This document shows, piece after piece, positions 15,027 to 26,500 of a DNA stretch of 64,000 nucleotides (its first letter is position 1; the number at the start of each line of letters is the position of its first letter). Source of the stretch: Chrysomallon squamiferum (lineage: Eukaryota > Animalia > Mollusca). Position numbers and translations under genes: made by a program. Below the pieces are notes generated by a model. It was not told the origin of the DNA and did not search any database. It worked only from the letters and a program-made list of their open reading frames with translations. The stretch is from assembly GCA_012295275.1 (NCBI GenBank), contig CM022672.1, positions 31,062,001 through 31,126,000 of the forward strand, given 5' to 3'.

Positions 15027-15610
15027 ACATACTCTTTTAATGTGTCAAGTTTCTGTTTTTAACACCAGGCTGTATAAGTGAAGTTTGTCTTAACGGGAAG
15101 CAGCAAGATCTACTTTTATAAACACACACACACACTATTACAAATGTCTGATGGTTCTGTTTTTAACACAGGATGTATAAGTGAAGTTTACCTCAACGGA
15201 AAGCAGCAGGATCTACTCTCTGCAGTTGCCACTCATAAAATCACACCTGGCTGTGTGTTAAACCCATGTCAAAAACCTGTGTCAGATATCTTAATTGCAA
15301 AGACTGAAAAACAAATTTATAGGGTCCAGATGCAAATGCAATAAGAGGCTAATTAGTGGAGAAATTCAGGATGTCTGTGATAAAGGTAATAAAAATCTTA
15401 CAGATAATTTAATTGTAGAGATTGTGAATGTTTATATGTTGTCCCAGTTTAATTAATAATGAGGAAATTAGTGGGGAAATTAAGTATGTCTGTTATGTAT
15501 ATATGTATGTATGAATGTATGTATGAATGATAGTATTATAGTATGAATGTATGTGTATATCTGTGGGTATGTACATATGTGTGTGTGTGTGTGTGGGTGG
15601 GTGTGGGTGT

Positions 15611-15643
<33 letters not shown>

Positions 15644-15682
15644 TCTGTGTGTGTGTGTGTGTGTGTGTGTTTGTGTGTGTTT

Positions 15683-15778
<96 letters not shown>

Positions 15779-15821
15779 AGTGTGTGTATGTGTGTGTGTG
15801 TGTCAGTGTGTGTGTGTGTCA

Positions 15822-15852
<31 letters not shown>

Positions 15853-16042
15853 GTTACTAATATGGAATCAGTCCAGCTTCCAGGTATGGAAATCTTTCAG
15901 AAATGGACAGGTTTGCTTTTTAAATTAAAGTATGTTGTTATTATTATCATTATGATTATTATTATTATAATTGTTATCATTATTATAATTATTATTATCA
16001 ATATTATTATTGTTATTGTTATTATTATCATCAGTATTATTA

Positions 16043-16076
<34 letters not shown>

Positions 16077-16561
16077 GCTACATATATGAAACAGTATTAA
16101 TCCGTTTATAATAATTGTAATCATATTATTTTTAGAGCATTAAAAACTATGAGAGTTGCATGCTAAGAAGAAAACACAAAGAAGACACATTCAGTATCTT
16201 TTCCTTTTGTTCAAATGCACAGATCACAATTTTAATTTATAATTTTTTTTTTTTTTGATTTTGTTGCTCTTGTTTCTTATCCTCAGATTGCACACATTAA
16301 ACTTAAGAATGTTTACAATTTTGTTTCACAGCTCCAAGTTGTCGCACGATTGTTTTCCGGGACATCTACATCGACCCGAAAACGAAGTGCAAATCCCGAG
16401 CGAAGATCAAATACCGGCGCTGTGACGGGACATGCGGCAATCGCTTCTGTTGTAAACCAAAGAAAATCAAGACTCGCAAAGTGAGACTGTTCTGTCCAAA
16501 CGGACACACCTACATCTACGAGCTGCCAGTGATCAGGAGGTGCGACTGCAACAAGTGTTAA
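1833..16561 (+). CDS. slit: Slit axon-guidance ligand, 3' part (spliced; 12 exons in window, 5' exons lie upstream)
   Basis: Manually spliced GT-AG exons with consistent phases give LRR4 ([35 protein letters not shown]), six EGF repeats, LamG, one EGF and a cystine knot. This is the protostome Slit architecture. Confidence 0.97.
2151..2222 (+). CDS. slit: Slit LRR exon ([24 protein letters not shown])
   Basis: ttccag/gtaagt, 72 nt single-LRR exon. Confidence 0.95.
2930..3001 (+). CDS. slit: Slit LRR exon ([24 protein letters not shown])
   Basis: tttcag/gtgagt, 72 nt. Confidence 0.95.
3510..3581 (+). CDS. slit: Slit LRR exon ([24 protein letters not shown])
   Basis: ttgcag/gtaagt, 72 nt, SLHGND motif typical of Slit D4. 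Confidence 0.95.
4065..4220 (+). mobile_element. Dispersed repeat copy A (about 150 bp ending in a (TG)n tail)
   Basis: Near-identical reverse complement of 22870-23070 (ttatcagtgatag..tgcttgttac..gatgtaactttgttacattagttttcagtaactgtagtaag..acactgtgcatatag..tttgcatatgta). Confidence 0.7.
4205..4515. repeat. Compound (TG)n with interspersed tttgggaggg / tttggagagag motifs
   Basis: Directly visible. Confidence 0.9.
6299..6462 (+). CDS. slit: Slit LRR-CT exon ([54 protein letters not shown])
   Basis: tttcag/gtcagt, 164 nt, diagnostic Slit LRRCT. Confidence 0.96.
6565..6900. repeat. About 18-bp AT-rich minisatellite (aagtaattaatactaaat)
   Basis: Directly visible tandem copies. Confidence 0.85.
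7497..7806. repeat. (TC)n followed by (TCAC)n/(TGAC)n microsatellite
   Basis: Directly visible; ends about 20 nt before the EGF1 acceptor. Confidence 0.95.
7827..8043 (+). CDS. slit: Slit EGF1-EGF2 exon
   Basis: [54 protein letters not shown]; ttcag/gtgaat. Confidence 0.95.
8955..9094 (+). CDS. slit: Slit EGF2-EGF3 exon
   Basis: [46 protein letters not shown]; tgtag/gtttgt. Confidence 0.95.
9635..9728 (+). CDS. slit: Slit EGF4 exon
   Basis: [30 protein letters not shown]; tttcag/gtaaac, phases fit neighbours. Confidence 0.93.
10030..10225. repeat. (TAT/TAC)n microsatellite
   Basis: Directly visible. Confidence 0.95.
10403..10689 (+). CDS. slit: Slit EGF4-EGF6 exon (includes the EGF5/6 linker)
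   Basis: [54 protein letters not shown]; gtcag/gtatta. Confidence 0.95.
13573..14043 (+). CDS. slit: Slit laminin-G (ALPS) domain exon
   Basis: [61 protein letters not shown]; ttccag/gtacgc, 471 nt. Confidence 0.96.
15172..15385 (+). CDS. slit: Slit LamG-end / EGF7 exon, frameshifted as given
   Basis: [26 protein letters not shown], then the frame breaks (stop 15342-15344). EGF fragments RCKC and CDK appear in other frames before the gtaata donor. 214 nt is not a multiple of 3. Confidence 0.75.
15575..16075. repeat. (GT)n then (ATT)n microsatellites
   Basis: Directly visible. Confidence 0.95.
16332..16561 (+). CDS. slit: Slit terminal exon, C-terminal cystine knot
   Basis: [75 protein letters not shown]; cacag acceptor. 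Confidence 0.95.
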
Positions 16562-19500
16562 TGACGATTTTCACCTAAAACGTGTTTTTTCTTTAACCAT
16601 TACGGAAGTTAAGATTCTTAACACTAAACAAAAAAATTTAAAAAAAAAAAAAAAAAAAGAGAGAGAGAAGTTATTGCTATTATTATTATTACATGTTTTG
16701 CCATGACCTGAAATTAATTGTTAGTGCCAAGACGCTAATAATATTTTCACAAATTTATATACGTTTTTTTTTTGTTTTTTTTAATAATGTGGTCATCTGA
16801 CATATTGTTTGGATTTGCTGAATCCATTTAAATTAAACCAAAGAAAGGTTGTGAAGGAACTGCAACTACTGTGAAGAAAAAAGTGTTCATGACAAAAATA
16901 AAATAAAAAAAGGAAAAAAAAATAAAGATAATGAAAGAAATGCAAAAAAAAATGTTTAACAGTCAGACAAGTTTGTGACAAAGGAAAATAAGAAGGAAAG
17001 CAATAACGAAGGACTTTTTTTTAACAGAAAATAGTACATGACAAAGATAAATTATGATGGATGATACTGAAAGAACTGCAACAGCAGGTTGTTAGTAATG
17101 TAACAGTTTGTGATGAAGACAACAAAATGGACGACAGTAAAGATAAATAAATAAAAAATTTCAAACAATGATGGAGCAGGATTATTTTAATCTCTGCTTT
17201 GTGTTCACATTTGCAACTCTAGTGTACATATCGGAGCTGAAGACTTGGGCAGGTGTGTGTATCAAACGTGTTTTCTTCTCGCTGTTGTTTCTCATTTCAC
17301 CCCAGCCTGTTGTTTTGTGTTTTCTCTCAGTGTTCTGTGAAATGTGATACAAGAGAAAATCTGTTTCTTCACAGTTCCTCGACTTTTGTTTACTGAGAGC
17401 CTTTCAATTTACAGTTCAGATTGTTGCTTCTTTTTTTTTGTTCTATTACAGGAATTTCAGAACAAGAACATTGTTCTTCGGAATTCCCTAACTTTATTGT
17501 CAAGAACTCTTCAGTTTACAGTTCAAAGAGTTGGTTCGTTTGTTTTTCTGTTGAAGGAATTTGAGAACAAGAACATTGTTCTTTGCAGTTCTTATAACTT
17601 TTTTATCGAGAACCGTTCGGTTTACAGTTCAAAGAGTTGCTTTGTTGTTTTCTGTTAAAGGAAATTGAGAACAAGAACTACATGTGAACAGTTCTTTGTT
17701 ACTGAAAGCCTCTGAATTTGCAGTTCAGATTTGTTGCTTCATTTTATTTTAAAGGAATTTCTCTTCTTGCAGAAGAGAACTGAGGATGCAGAAAAAGAAA
17801 AAAGAGAGAGAAATAATCGACATTGTTTTTTAACATTTCATATCTTCTGCCAATGTGAGAACAGTGTTGTTTTATAACATTTTGATTTGTTCAAGAATTT
17901 GCTGGTTGTTTTTTATTTTTTATTTATACACCTCAGTTTTTGTTCTCTGCTGATTTCAGTTTTTAATCTTTAAATACTTTTTGAGACGTTATTTATATGA
18001 GAAATATATCGTAGTAATTTTATTGCACAGTTTTAACAAAAGTTTAAAATTAAATTTAAAAAAAATAATTATTAGGACTTTAATTTAAATATGCCCCATC
18101 AGAATTTCAATCTTTTTGGAATATTTTGAAATAAAAACAAAAAACAAAATCATCATTTAACTGAAGGTTATTTTTTTATTTTTTATGTAATTATTGAAAA
18201 CAAATTTTAATTCTGACTTTTTTTAAACATATACATTAAAAATTTTAAATTGTGTTATTTTACATAAATCACATAATTAAAATGCACTGAAATGCAATAC
18301 ACTGAAGTTTTTTTCTTCAGAAAATATCACAAGTCTGTAAGTAAAATATTTAAAATACTAAAATTAATATTCTTTTAGAAAATAACCAAATAAAATATTC
18401 GAACTGAATATATTTTACTTAAAAATAGCAACGTTCTCATATTATCCATAATGCCAGAGTTACGGTTCTTGTTCAGATTTACATTATTCAGCATAAACAA
18501 CAAAAGAAGGTAAAATTAAATTTCTTTGGGCTGCCTTGATTCAAGTTAGTTTTGTTAATACTGGATGAGTTTGTACATAAGAAAACACTTTCCTTTAATA
18601 AACGAATAAATTAATACACAAATGTTTATAGTTTCTTAAACCTTATTTCTTTATATATTAGTTACAAGGTAAGTTATAACTCTTGTTTTTTATATATATA
18701 TTATTTTTTTCTCCCTGTACAGCTCCAAATTCTGTGTAATATAGTCACGAAGAAAATATATTTAAATATATTCCTTAATACCTGTTGTGAATGTTTTCAT
18801 TTTTTAAATGTTTTTATTTTGCTGTAACAGTTTTTAAAATGGCAATCTTAAGAAAATATATCTGAATATATTTTAGAAATATTTATGAAAGCATACTCTG
18901 TTTTTCAACATCCACATCAGAAATAAAATATAACGATACTAATACTTGAATCATGATCTTAATGTTCATAAATAACAAGATTTCTTTCGTTTTTCTTTTT
19001 AATTTTCCTTCAACAGTAATCATTGAAATATTTATTGAAAATATATTTAAATATTTAAAAATATTTATGAAATTGTACTCAAAGATACTCACTATCTTGT
19101 CAAAAATAAAATAACAATAACAACTGAATCATAATGTTTTAATACCTTATATAAATGTTTAATTTAAATTTTACTTATCCACTAAATAAAGAAATGTAAA
19201 ACTGAATCATGATATTTAATGCTGTTTTATAAATATATTTTAAAAAATAATGTTATTTTGTTTCAAGTTTTTAAAATGGGCAATCTTTAAGATATGTAAA
19301 TATGCACGAGAAAACCCTTTGTAAAATAACACACATAATTCACAGATACAGTGAAATGCAAGAACATCAAATGACTGTATTCATCAATTTACAGCACATT
19401 TCAATCACCACTAGCTGTTAATATTCGTTTTGTTATAAATCAAGGGAGGTAACTAGAAAGATAAGACGTTCCTTTTTTTTTTTTTTTTTTTATTATTATT

Positions 19501-20181
19501 ATTTTTTTTTTTTTTTATTTTTTTTTTTTTTTTTTTAAGCTACTTAATGTCTAATTCTTCATTCAGCCAAAATAAAATATTAGATTTCTTAAATTACCTT
19601 GGGAACATTTCTGAAATTAATGATAAATGCAAAAACATTTTTAACTTTTCTACAAAATAGTTGAATTTAGAAATTAATAGAAATTATATATATATATGAA
19701 TTTTTGTTGATGTGGTGGTTGTATTTTTCTTTACAATGATACAAAAATGTCAGTTTATCAGAAAGTTTTAATACAACAGGTTTTCTCGTGTACCATTACA
19801 TAATATTAAAAAAAAAAAAAAAAAATATTTCTGTTTACAATTTGGTAATACACAGGTTGTCATGTATCATGGAGCATTAGTTTTTGTACAGGTAACATTT
19901 TTTTTTATTTTTATTATTATTCTTCCATGTTTTACTTTTTGATGCATGTATTTAAAACTAATTACTTAGACTGAGACTGTATAACGTATTTGACACCCAC
20001 AGACCTAGAAAACTACTTTTGTGTTTTTCAAAACTTACATGCAGATAGAGGTATTTTCGTGCAACCAGTTGAAGGCAATGTGGACATTAAATGTAGCTAT
20101 TTATTTCTCGTTTTCTACCTCAGAGGGAAGGATACAGCCTGGGCTTGGCTGCTAGGAAAAATGGTCTTCATTTCAAAATGA

Positions 20182-20215
<34 letters not shown>

Positions 20216-20550
20216 CAAATATTTTAGACGTTCACTCTATTGGTATCTGTTAACATCTTATAATTGAATGATTTACGTATAATGACTAATATAATCAGTA
20301 ATTGTGTTAAAATTAATTACTTAAATGTTAAGATTTTATTATTATTATTTTTTATTTTATTTTATTTTTTTTTTTTGTCTGTGTATTGAAATATTTAGTT
20401 AAATATGAAACTGCTGATTTTTTTTTTTTTTTTTTTTTTTTCCCAAGACAAGGTAAATGTTGAGGCCCAGGCTGAAAAGTTGATTGTACACATTTGTTTA
20501 TTTGTGATTTTATGTCATATGTGAAAATAAAAAAATTTAAAATTTGTGCA
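16562..20550 (+). other. Probable long Slit 3' UTR (end uncertain)
   Basis: AU-rich non-coding sequence after the stop. AATAAA near 20526 is followed by a U-rich tract, but earlier AATAAA sites also exist. Confidence 0.35.
17370..17760. repeat. Degenerate about 110-bp tandem repeat (3-4 copies) downstream of the Slit stop
   Basis: Recurring tttacagttca..ggaattt.agaacaagaacattgttct. Confidence 0.75.
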
Positions 20551-20896
20551 AAATCTTTTTATTTATTTATTTTATTTTAAAAAAAACAGTGAATTTATTT
20601 GTTACAGGAAAGAAATGTAAACTAACAAGTATTTAAAATTTAAAACAGAAAATGGAAACAAAAGTTTAAAAAAAGACGTTGCAGATGTTAAAATACTGCA
20701 AGCTATGTCAGTGCAGAAGCTGTAAGACTGAGCTCTACTGTCAAAATTTCTGGGGTTTTTTTCTGTTTCAAAATTCTTACTTGTACATCTTTAAACTTCC
20801 CAGCCATTTTTGGTTCTTCATCATATCCTTGCCCCAAATATCTTCACTTCCAATCCCCAATGTTCACACAGTGACAGATCTTCATCTGTGACTTCT

Positions 20897-21370
20897 AGCA
20901 GTAGTAGTAGTAATGTATAGTAACATTAGTAGTAGTAGTAGTAGTAGTGTATAGTAACATTAGTACTAGTAGTAGTAGTGTATAGTAACATTAGTAGTAG
21001 TAGTAGTAATGTATAGTAACAGTAGTAGTAGTAGTAACATATAGTTACATTAGTATGAGTAGCAGTAGTGTATAGTAATAGTAGTACTAGTGCATATTAC
21101 TAGTAGAAGTAATGTTTATTAATATCAGTAGTAGTAGTATATAGTAACATTAATATTATTAGTACTGGTAAATAGAACTAGTAGTAATAGTAGTGTATAG
21201 TAGTTGTAATAGTAGTACAAGTAGTAGTTGTATTAACAATGGTAGCTTTAGTACTAGCTGTAGTAGTGTAAAGCAGTATTAATATTATTAATAGTAATGT
21301 GTAGTAGTAGTTGCAGTAATATTATTTAGTGGTAGTTGTAATATTAGTTTATTAGCAGTAGTAGTAGTAG
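20897..21370. repeat. Degenerate (TAG)n repeat between the convergent 3' ends
   Basis: Directly visible. Confidence 0.9.
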
Positions 21371-22866
21371 GACTATTTTTATTACTATTATTACATATTA
21401 TTGTCATCATACTCAGTGGTTCTAATTGTTATTATTATTAGTAGTATTGGTTTTGTTATCTTTGTTGTTGCTTTTATTATCATTATTATTATCATCATCA
21501 TTATGATGTACTTAGGATTATTCTCTTGATAATTTCAACTTTGTGACTTTTTCTGAAGTTAATACAAAGCACACCTCAGTTTGAAAAACAAAAATATTTA
21601 AAGCATTTTAACAATTTATTTCTGACTGAAATTCAGATACGATATTTAGATGTTTGCAGACCTTTATTCAACCATATTCAGCCATCTTTCAGATAAGCTT
21701 CGTGATTCGATCCTCCCAGAACTTTCCAAGTGATGAATAGGTTCTTTTGTTCCAACCGATATTTAGACAAAAGATTAAGTCACAGTGAAAAAGATACCAG
21801 AGTTCTTAAACTTATTACAAGTCTGTTTTTCAACTAAATAATGCAACAAGACATCATGTAGTTATTTTTTTATTTTTTATTTCATATCTGTTTGAATAAC
21901 AAAATTGTACATACACTGAACAAAACAATGGAACAAATTTAATATTCTTCTGTACACTTAGGTTGGTAACACAAAATAAGTTTGCAGCAAACACTTGGGG
22001 GTGGGGTGCAGTCTGGGTGTGTTAGTGAATGCTGTTCATCCAACAAAGATGGCTAATTCATCATAAAAATAGACTGTGTTAATATTAATATAAATACAGA
22101 TCGTGACAGAAAACTAATGATTCTGCCCTGTTTACAAAATAAATATTATTGCTGATGTTCTGATGAGATACCACTGTACACCTCATGGCTAGTTGTATGA
22201 TGATATGGCACCAGAATATATCATGATATGATGATATGACACCGGTTTGTCGGGTGTAGTAGAGAGATATAAATAAAGGGTGAAGGGTGATAGGCTTTCC
22301 CACCAACATTTCCCTGTCACCATGGACAACATACATCAAGCTATGAAAGTCTCGGTTACAATAAATTATTTGTTTGTTTTCTCTACCTCACTGAGGTCAT
22401 TGATCTAGCGATATATATGTATAAAGACCAATGTGTATTGAAATAACTTACCTGTAAATATATATATATATATTTTTTTTTCATCACTGTTTTATTTTTA
22501 ATTTTATCACGTCAAAATCTTAAACTTCACAGATGAAGTTAAATTAAAAGAATGGACATTACAGTTGTAAAACATGTCTTCAACATAATTAAATATGACT
22601 GATCAAATCAAATGTAAGTTGATGTATTTAAAAAAAAAAAAAAAAAAAGATAAAGAAAAAAACAAACACTGATCATCTTTGAATACAATTTTGAGGCACA
22701 TTTCAATAAATTCTCCTGGAATGTTCATCACCACTGTTTGAAGCAGTAGCAGACATTTTACTCTGAGAAAGAGAGAGAACTGTGAATTGTGTAAGATTTC
22801 ATAGTCTGAAGAATAATGATACTATTTGTAATAGAGATTCCCTCCTTTTTACAGTTAAATACCAAG

Positions 22867-22869
<3 letters not shown>

Positions 22870-22916
<47 letters not shown>

Positions 22917-23070
22917 ACATATGCAAATACTATATGCACAGTGTAACAGGCATCTTACTACAGTTACTGAAAACTAATGTAACAAAGTTACATCCACAGT
23001 AACAAGCACTACTATCACTGATAAAACAACGCTTACAAAAATAACGTTTACCGTTTTTCATTTTCCACAG
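22870..23070 (-). mobile_element. Dispersed repeat copy B, just downstream of the DHX9 stop
   Basis: Reverse complement of 4065-4220, with a (CA)n tail. Confidence 0.7.
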
Positions 23071-23144
23071 TGTCTCAAAATAAACAGGTCATTACTTGCA
23101 CAACTAAAGTTATCACTTTGAAGAAAACAACGAAAAAAACACTC

Positions 23145-23560
23145 CTAATTTCCAAATCCTCTGCCTCGTCCAAAAGCTGCACCTCGGTCACCAGCTCCTG
23201 CAGAATACCCAGTGTTGAATCCCCTTCCATACACCCCACCTCTCCCTCTGTACCCTCCACCCTGTCCTCTGTACCCTCCATACCCACCACCCTGCCCTCC
23301 ATACCCAGTTCCTTGCCCTCCATACCCAGTTCCCTGCCCTCCATAGCCACTCCCCTGCCAGCCTCCGCGAGCTCCGCGGAATCCACTGGTCTGACCTCTT
23401 GACATTCCTCTTCCAAATCCTCCTCCTCCTCTGTTCTGACCACTGTACCCACCTGAATTACCCTCACCGTAACTAGCCCCCCATGTACCCTCTGCCTGGT
23501 GTCCCACCCATCTTGGGGAATTTGGAAGGGGGTGGTCCTCTGGGGGAGGTGTTTTCACCA
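23145..23560 (-). CDS. DHX9: DHX9 last coding exon (NLS-like segment + RGG/YGG tail), with a 1-nt frameshift as given
   Basis: The spliced frame reads [28 protein letters not shown] (stop 23473-23475). Removing one base of the C6 run at 23477-23482 joins it to [27 protein letters not shown] repeats..RGRGFGN*. Confidence 0.85.
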
Positions 23561-26500
23561 CTGAAATAAAAACAGATGTTAATATTAAAAACATTGACGT
23601 TGGGATATTAAAATTATTATAACAGGTAAACAGACATATTTATCTCTCAAAAAAAAAAAAAAAAAAAAACCTGTAAGTGACCTATTTTATCCTAATTTTT
23701 CTAGACCTGGAGATCAAACTCCTAATACCCAAAAGCTAAAGAACATAACTGAAATTACAAAATACACTTCTGAAGTTGATTTTTTTTTTTTTTTTTTTTT
23801 TTTTGATATCTAAAAAATTGAATAACTTTTATTGCCTATCCAGTTGCTGGTTTACCATCATTAATTTTAAACATCTTTACCTACTGCAATTTTATTTAAT
23901 CTTTTGATTATGTAACTGTTCAGCATTGACATAGTTGATGCAGTATATTCCTTATTTTTCAATGTATAAACACAGTAGCTCTTGAAGGTTACATTCAGTT
24001 ATAAACTGAAACACTGGATGGAGGTGTTTTCTATTTACACTGAAAAACGATACTTCTGATCATATAATCTGTATATGTTATGAATGCTTATAATCCCCTG
24101 AAAGCCCATCACCTATGACTATAGATGTTTATATTCCCTGAACCCTCATCATTTACAAATGAGAGGTAGTGTGTCTGAACATGCCATGAACATTTGTATT
24201 CTCTGAAAGCTCATCATTTACAAATGAGAGGTTGTGTGTCTGTACATGCCATGAATGTTTGTATTCTCTGAAAGCTCATCATTTACAAATGAGAGGTTGT
24301 CTGTCTGTATATTCCCATGAATGTTTGTATTCTCTGAACCCTCATCATTTACAAATGAGAGGTTGTGTGTCTGTATATTCCCTGAAAGCTCATCATTTAC
24401 AAATGAGAGGTTGTGTGTCTGTATATTCCCTGAAAGCTCATCATTTACAAATGAGAGGTTGTGTGTCTGTATATTCCCTGAAAGCTCATCATTTACAAAT
24501 GAGAGGTTGTGTGTCTGTACATGCCATGAATGTTTGTATTCTCTGAAAGCTCATCATTTACAAATGAGAGGTTGTCTGTCTGTATATTCCCATGAATGTT
24601 TGTATTCTCTGAACCCTCATCATTTACAAATGAGAGGTTGTGTGTCTGTATATTCCCTGAAAGCTCATCATTTACAAATGAGAGGTTGTGTGTCTGTATA
24701 TTCTCTGAAAGCTCATCATTTACAAAGGAGAGGTTGTGTGTCTGTATATTCCCATGAATCTCTGAAAGCTGCTGATCGCACTGAACAGACTCTTACCTGT
24801 CGTGCATGATTCCGTACCTGCCAGCCTGTGGGTGAGACAGAGCTCCTATTGTAGCCAGAAGAGCATCCTCCTGGGGTCCGGGGCCTGAGACACTCTCGGG
24901 ATTCTTGGCAGATCTCACAATGAGAGCCTCCAGTGCGGGCCGCAGGGCCACAATGTTAGCAGCAACGTCAAAGTCCATCTTCAAGTTGATCCTGAAGAAA
25001 ACCGTAAAGTCACAGGTTTTAGTCTGTAGTTTCTGTCTTAACAATTTCACTGTGAAATTAAAGTAAGTCACAGATTTAGTCTATCTTTCCTCACAGTGAG
25101 ATCAAAAAACAGCTCCCAGGAAAATCAACAAGAACTAGTGATTGCCTTGCTGACCCAAAGATAGTAGCACTTACTGTACTGCCTGCTTCTTGCAAGATAA
25201 TGAGAATTAATTTGTTTGTTTGTTTAAGGCTGTGGGACAAATCTACTATCTTCAATTAACAATAATAAAATCCTGAGTGGATTATGTAACTGCTTTTTGC
25301 AGGGCAAGGGTAGATTGGCTTCAATTTTAAAACACTTATTTCTGTACTTTATGGAAAAAAAACTATTAGTAGTTGTTGTTTGGGGGAAGGGGTTTGTTAA
25401 TTAAAATCAACACTCATCTATAATTTTATCACCATTATTCAAGATTAAATAGTGATGAAATTACTGTTTGTGGGCTGTTTGATCAAGTGAACAGTGCTGT
25501 GTTGTCACTCACCAGTTATCCAGGACAATCTCGTCTTTCTGAAACGTCACCGAGCGAGAGGCGAACAACAGCAGCTGCAATGGTGACACCATCGTCATCT
25601 GTTTACAAGAAACAGCTCGAGTCCTGATCTGAAACATGAAGTAAGAAACACACACAGAGATATTTATTTGTCACAAACTGAGTATTGGAGTATTAGCATG
25701 ATTTCAGTTTCATAATTTAGTTATAAATCAAGTACTGCAGTTTTGGCTTTATTATTTTAACTGGATAATTTAGCGGATTTTTTTAATACACTGAGTACTG
25801 GAGTATTTTGTAGATATTGTTTATAAACTGAGTGCTGGACCACTGGCATTATTTTAATTAGGTAATTCAGTTTTTATGATTTATATAAAAGATAAGCATA
25901 TTATTGATTTGGCTCTATTCTTTAAAAAAAATCCCCAAAAATCAGAATGGACACTTTCTTTTGCCAGAGTCATGATCTAAAACATGAAAAAAAATTCCAC
26001 AGAGCTATTATTAGATTTTTTTTAATTAGTTAATTCATTTATTAGCATTATTTTAATCAGTTTATATTTTTTATTCTGATTTATTACAAAATGAGATTAT
26101 TTGTGGATTTGGCTGTAAATTACCTTTTCTCCAAATATAAAGAATGGAGAAGGAAATCGTGTTTCGTAATTTGTGCAGTTGACTGAGGACTTGTGTACCA
26201 GTGCACTCTTTCCTTCTGTCGTGATCACCTTCCTCTTCTCCTTGTGGTAGCAGACGTTCGGATACAGGCCCAGACACAGCAGAGTGATCGCCTGAAGTAC
26301 ACAGCAGATGTTTTCATTAACTTCATAAACATACAGCAGACTTTTCATCAACTTCATAAATATACAGCTGACATTTTCATTAACTTCATAAATATACAGT
26401 GACATTTTCATTAACTTCATAAATATACAGCTGACATTTTCATTAACTTCATAAATATATAGCAGACATTTTCATTAACTTCATAAATATACAGCTGACA

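Noticed and set aside
23070-23467. Alternative-frame ORFs over the DHX9 last exon (Ser/Pro-rich on +, Glu/Gly-rich on -)
   Set aside because: Shadow frames of the repetitive RGG/YGG coding sequence.
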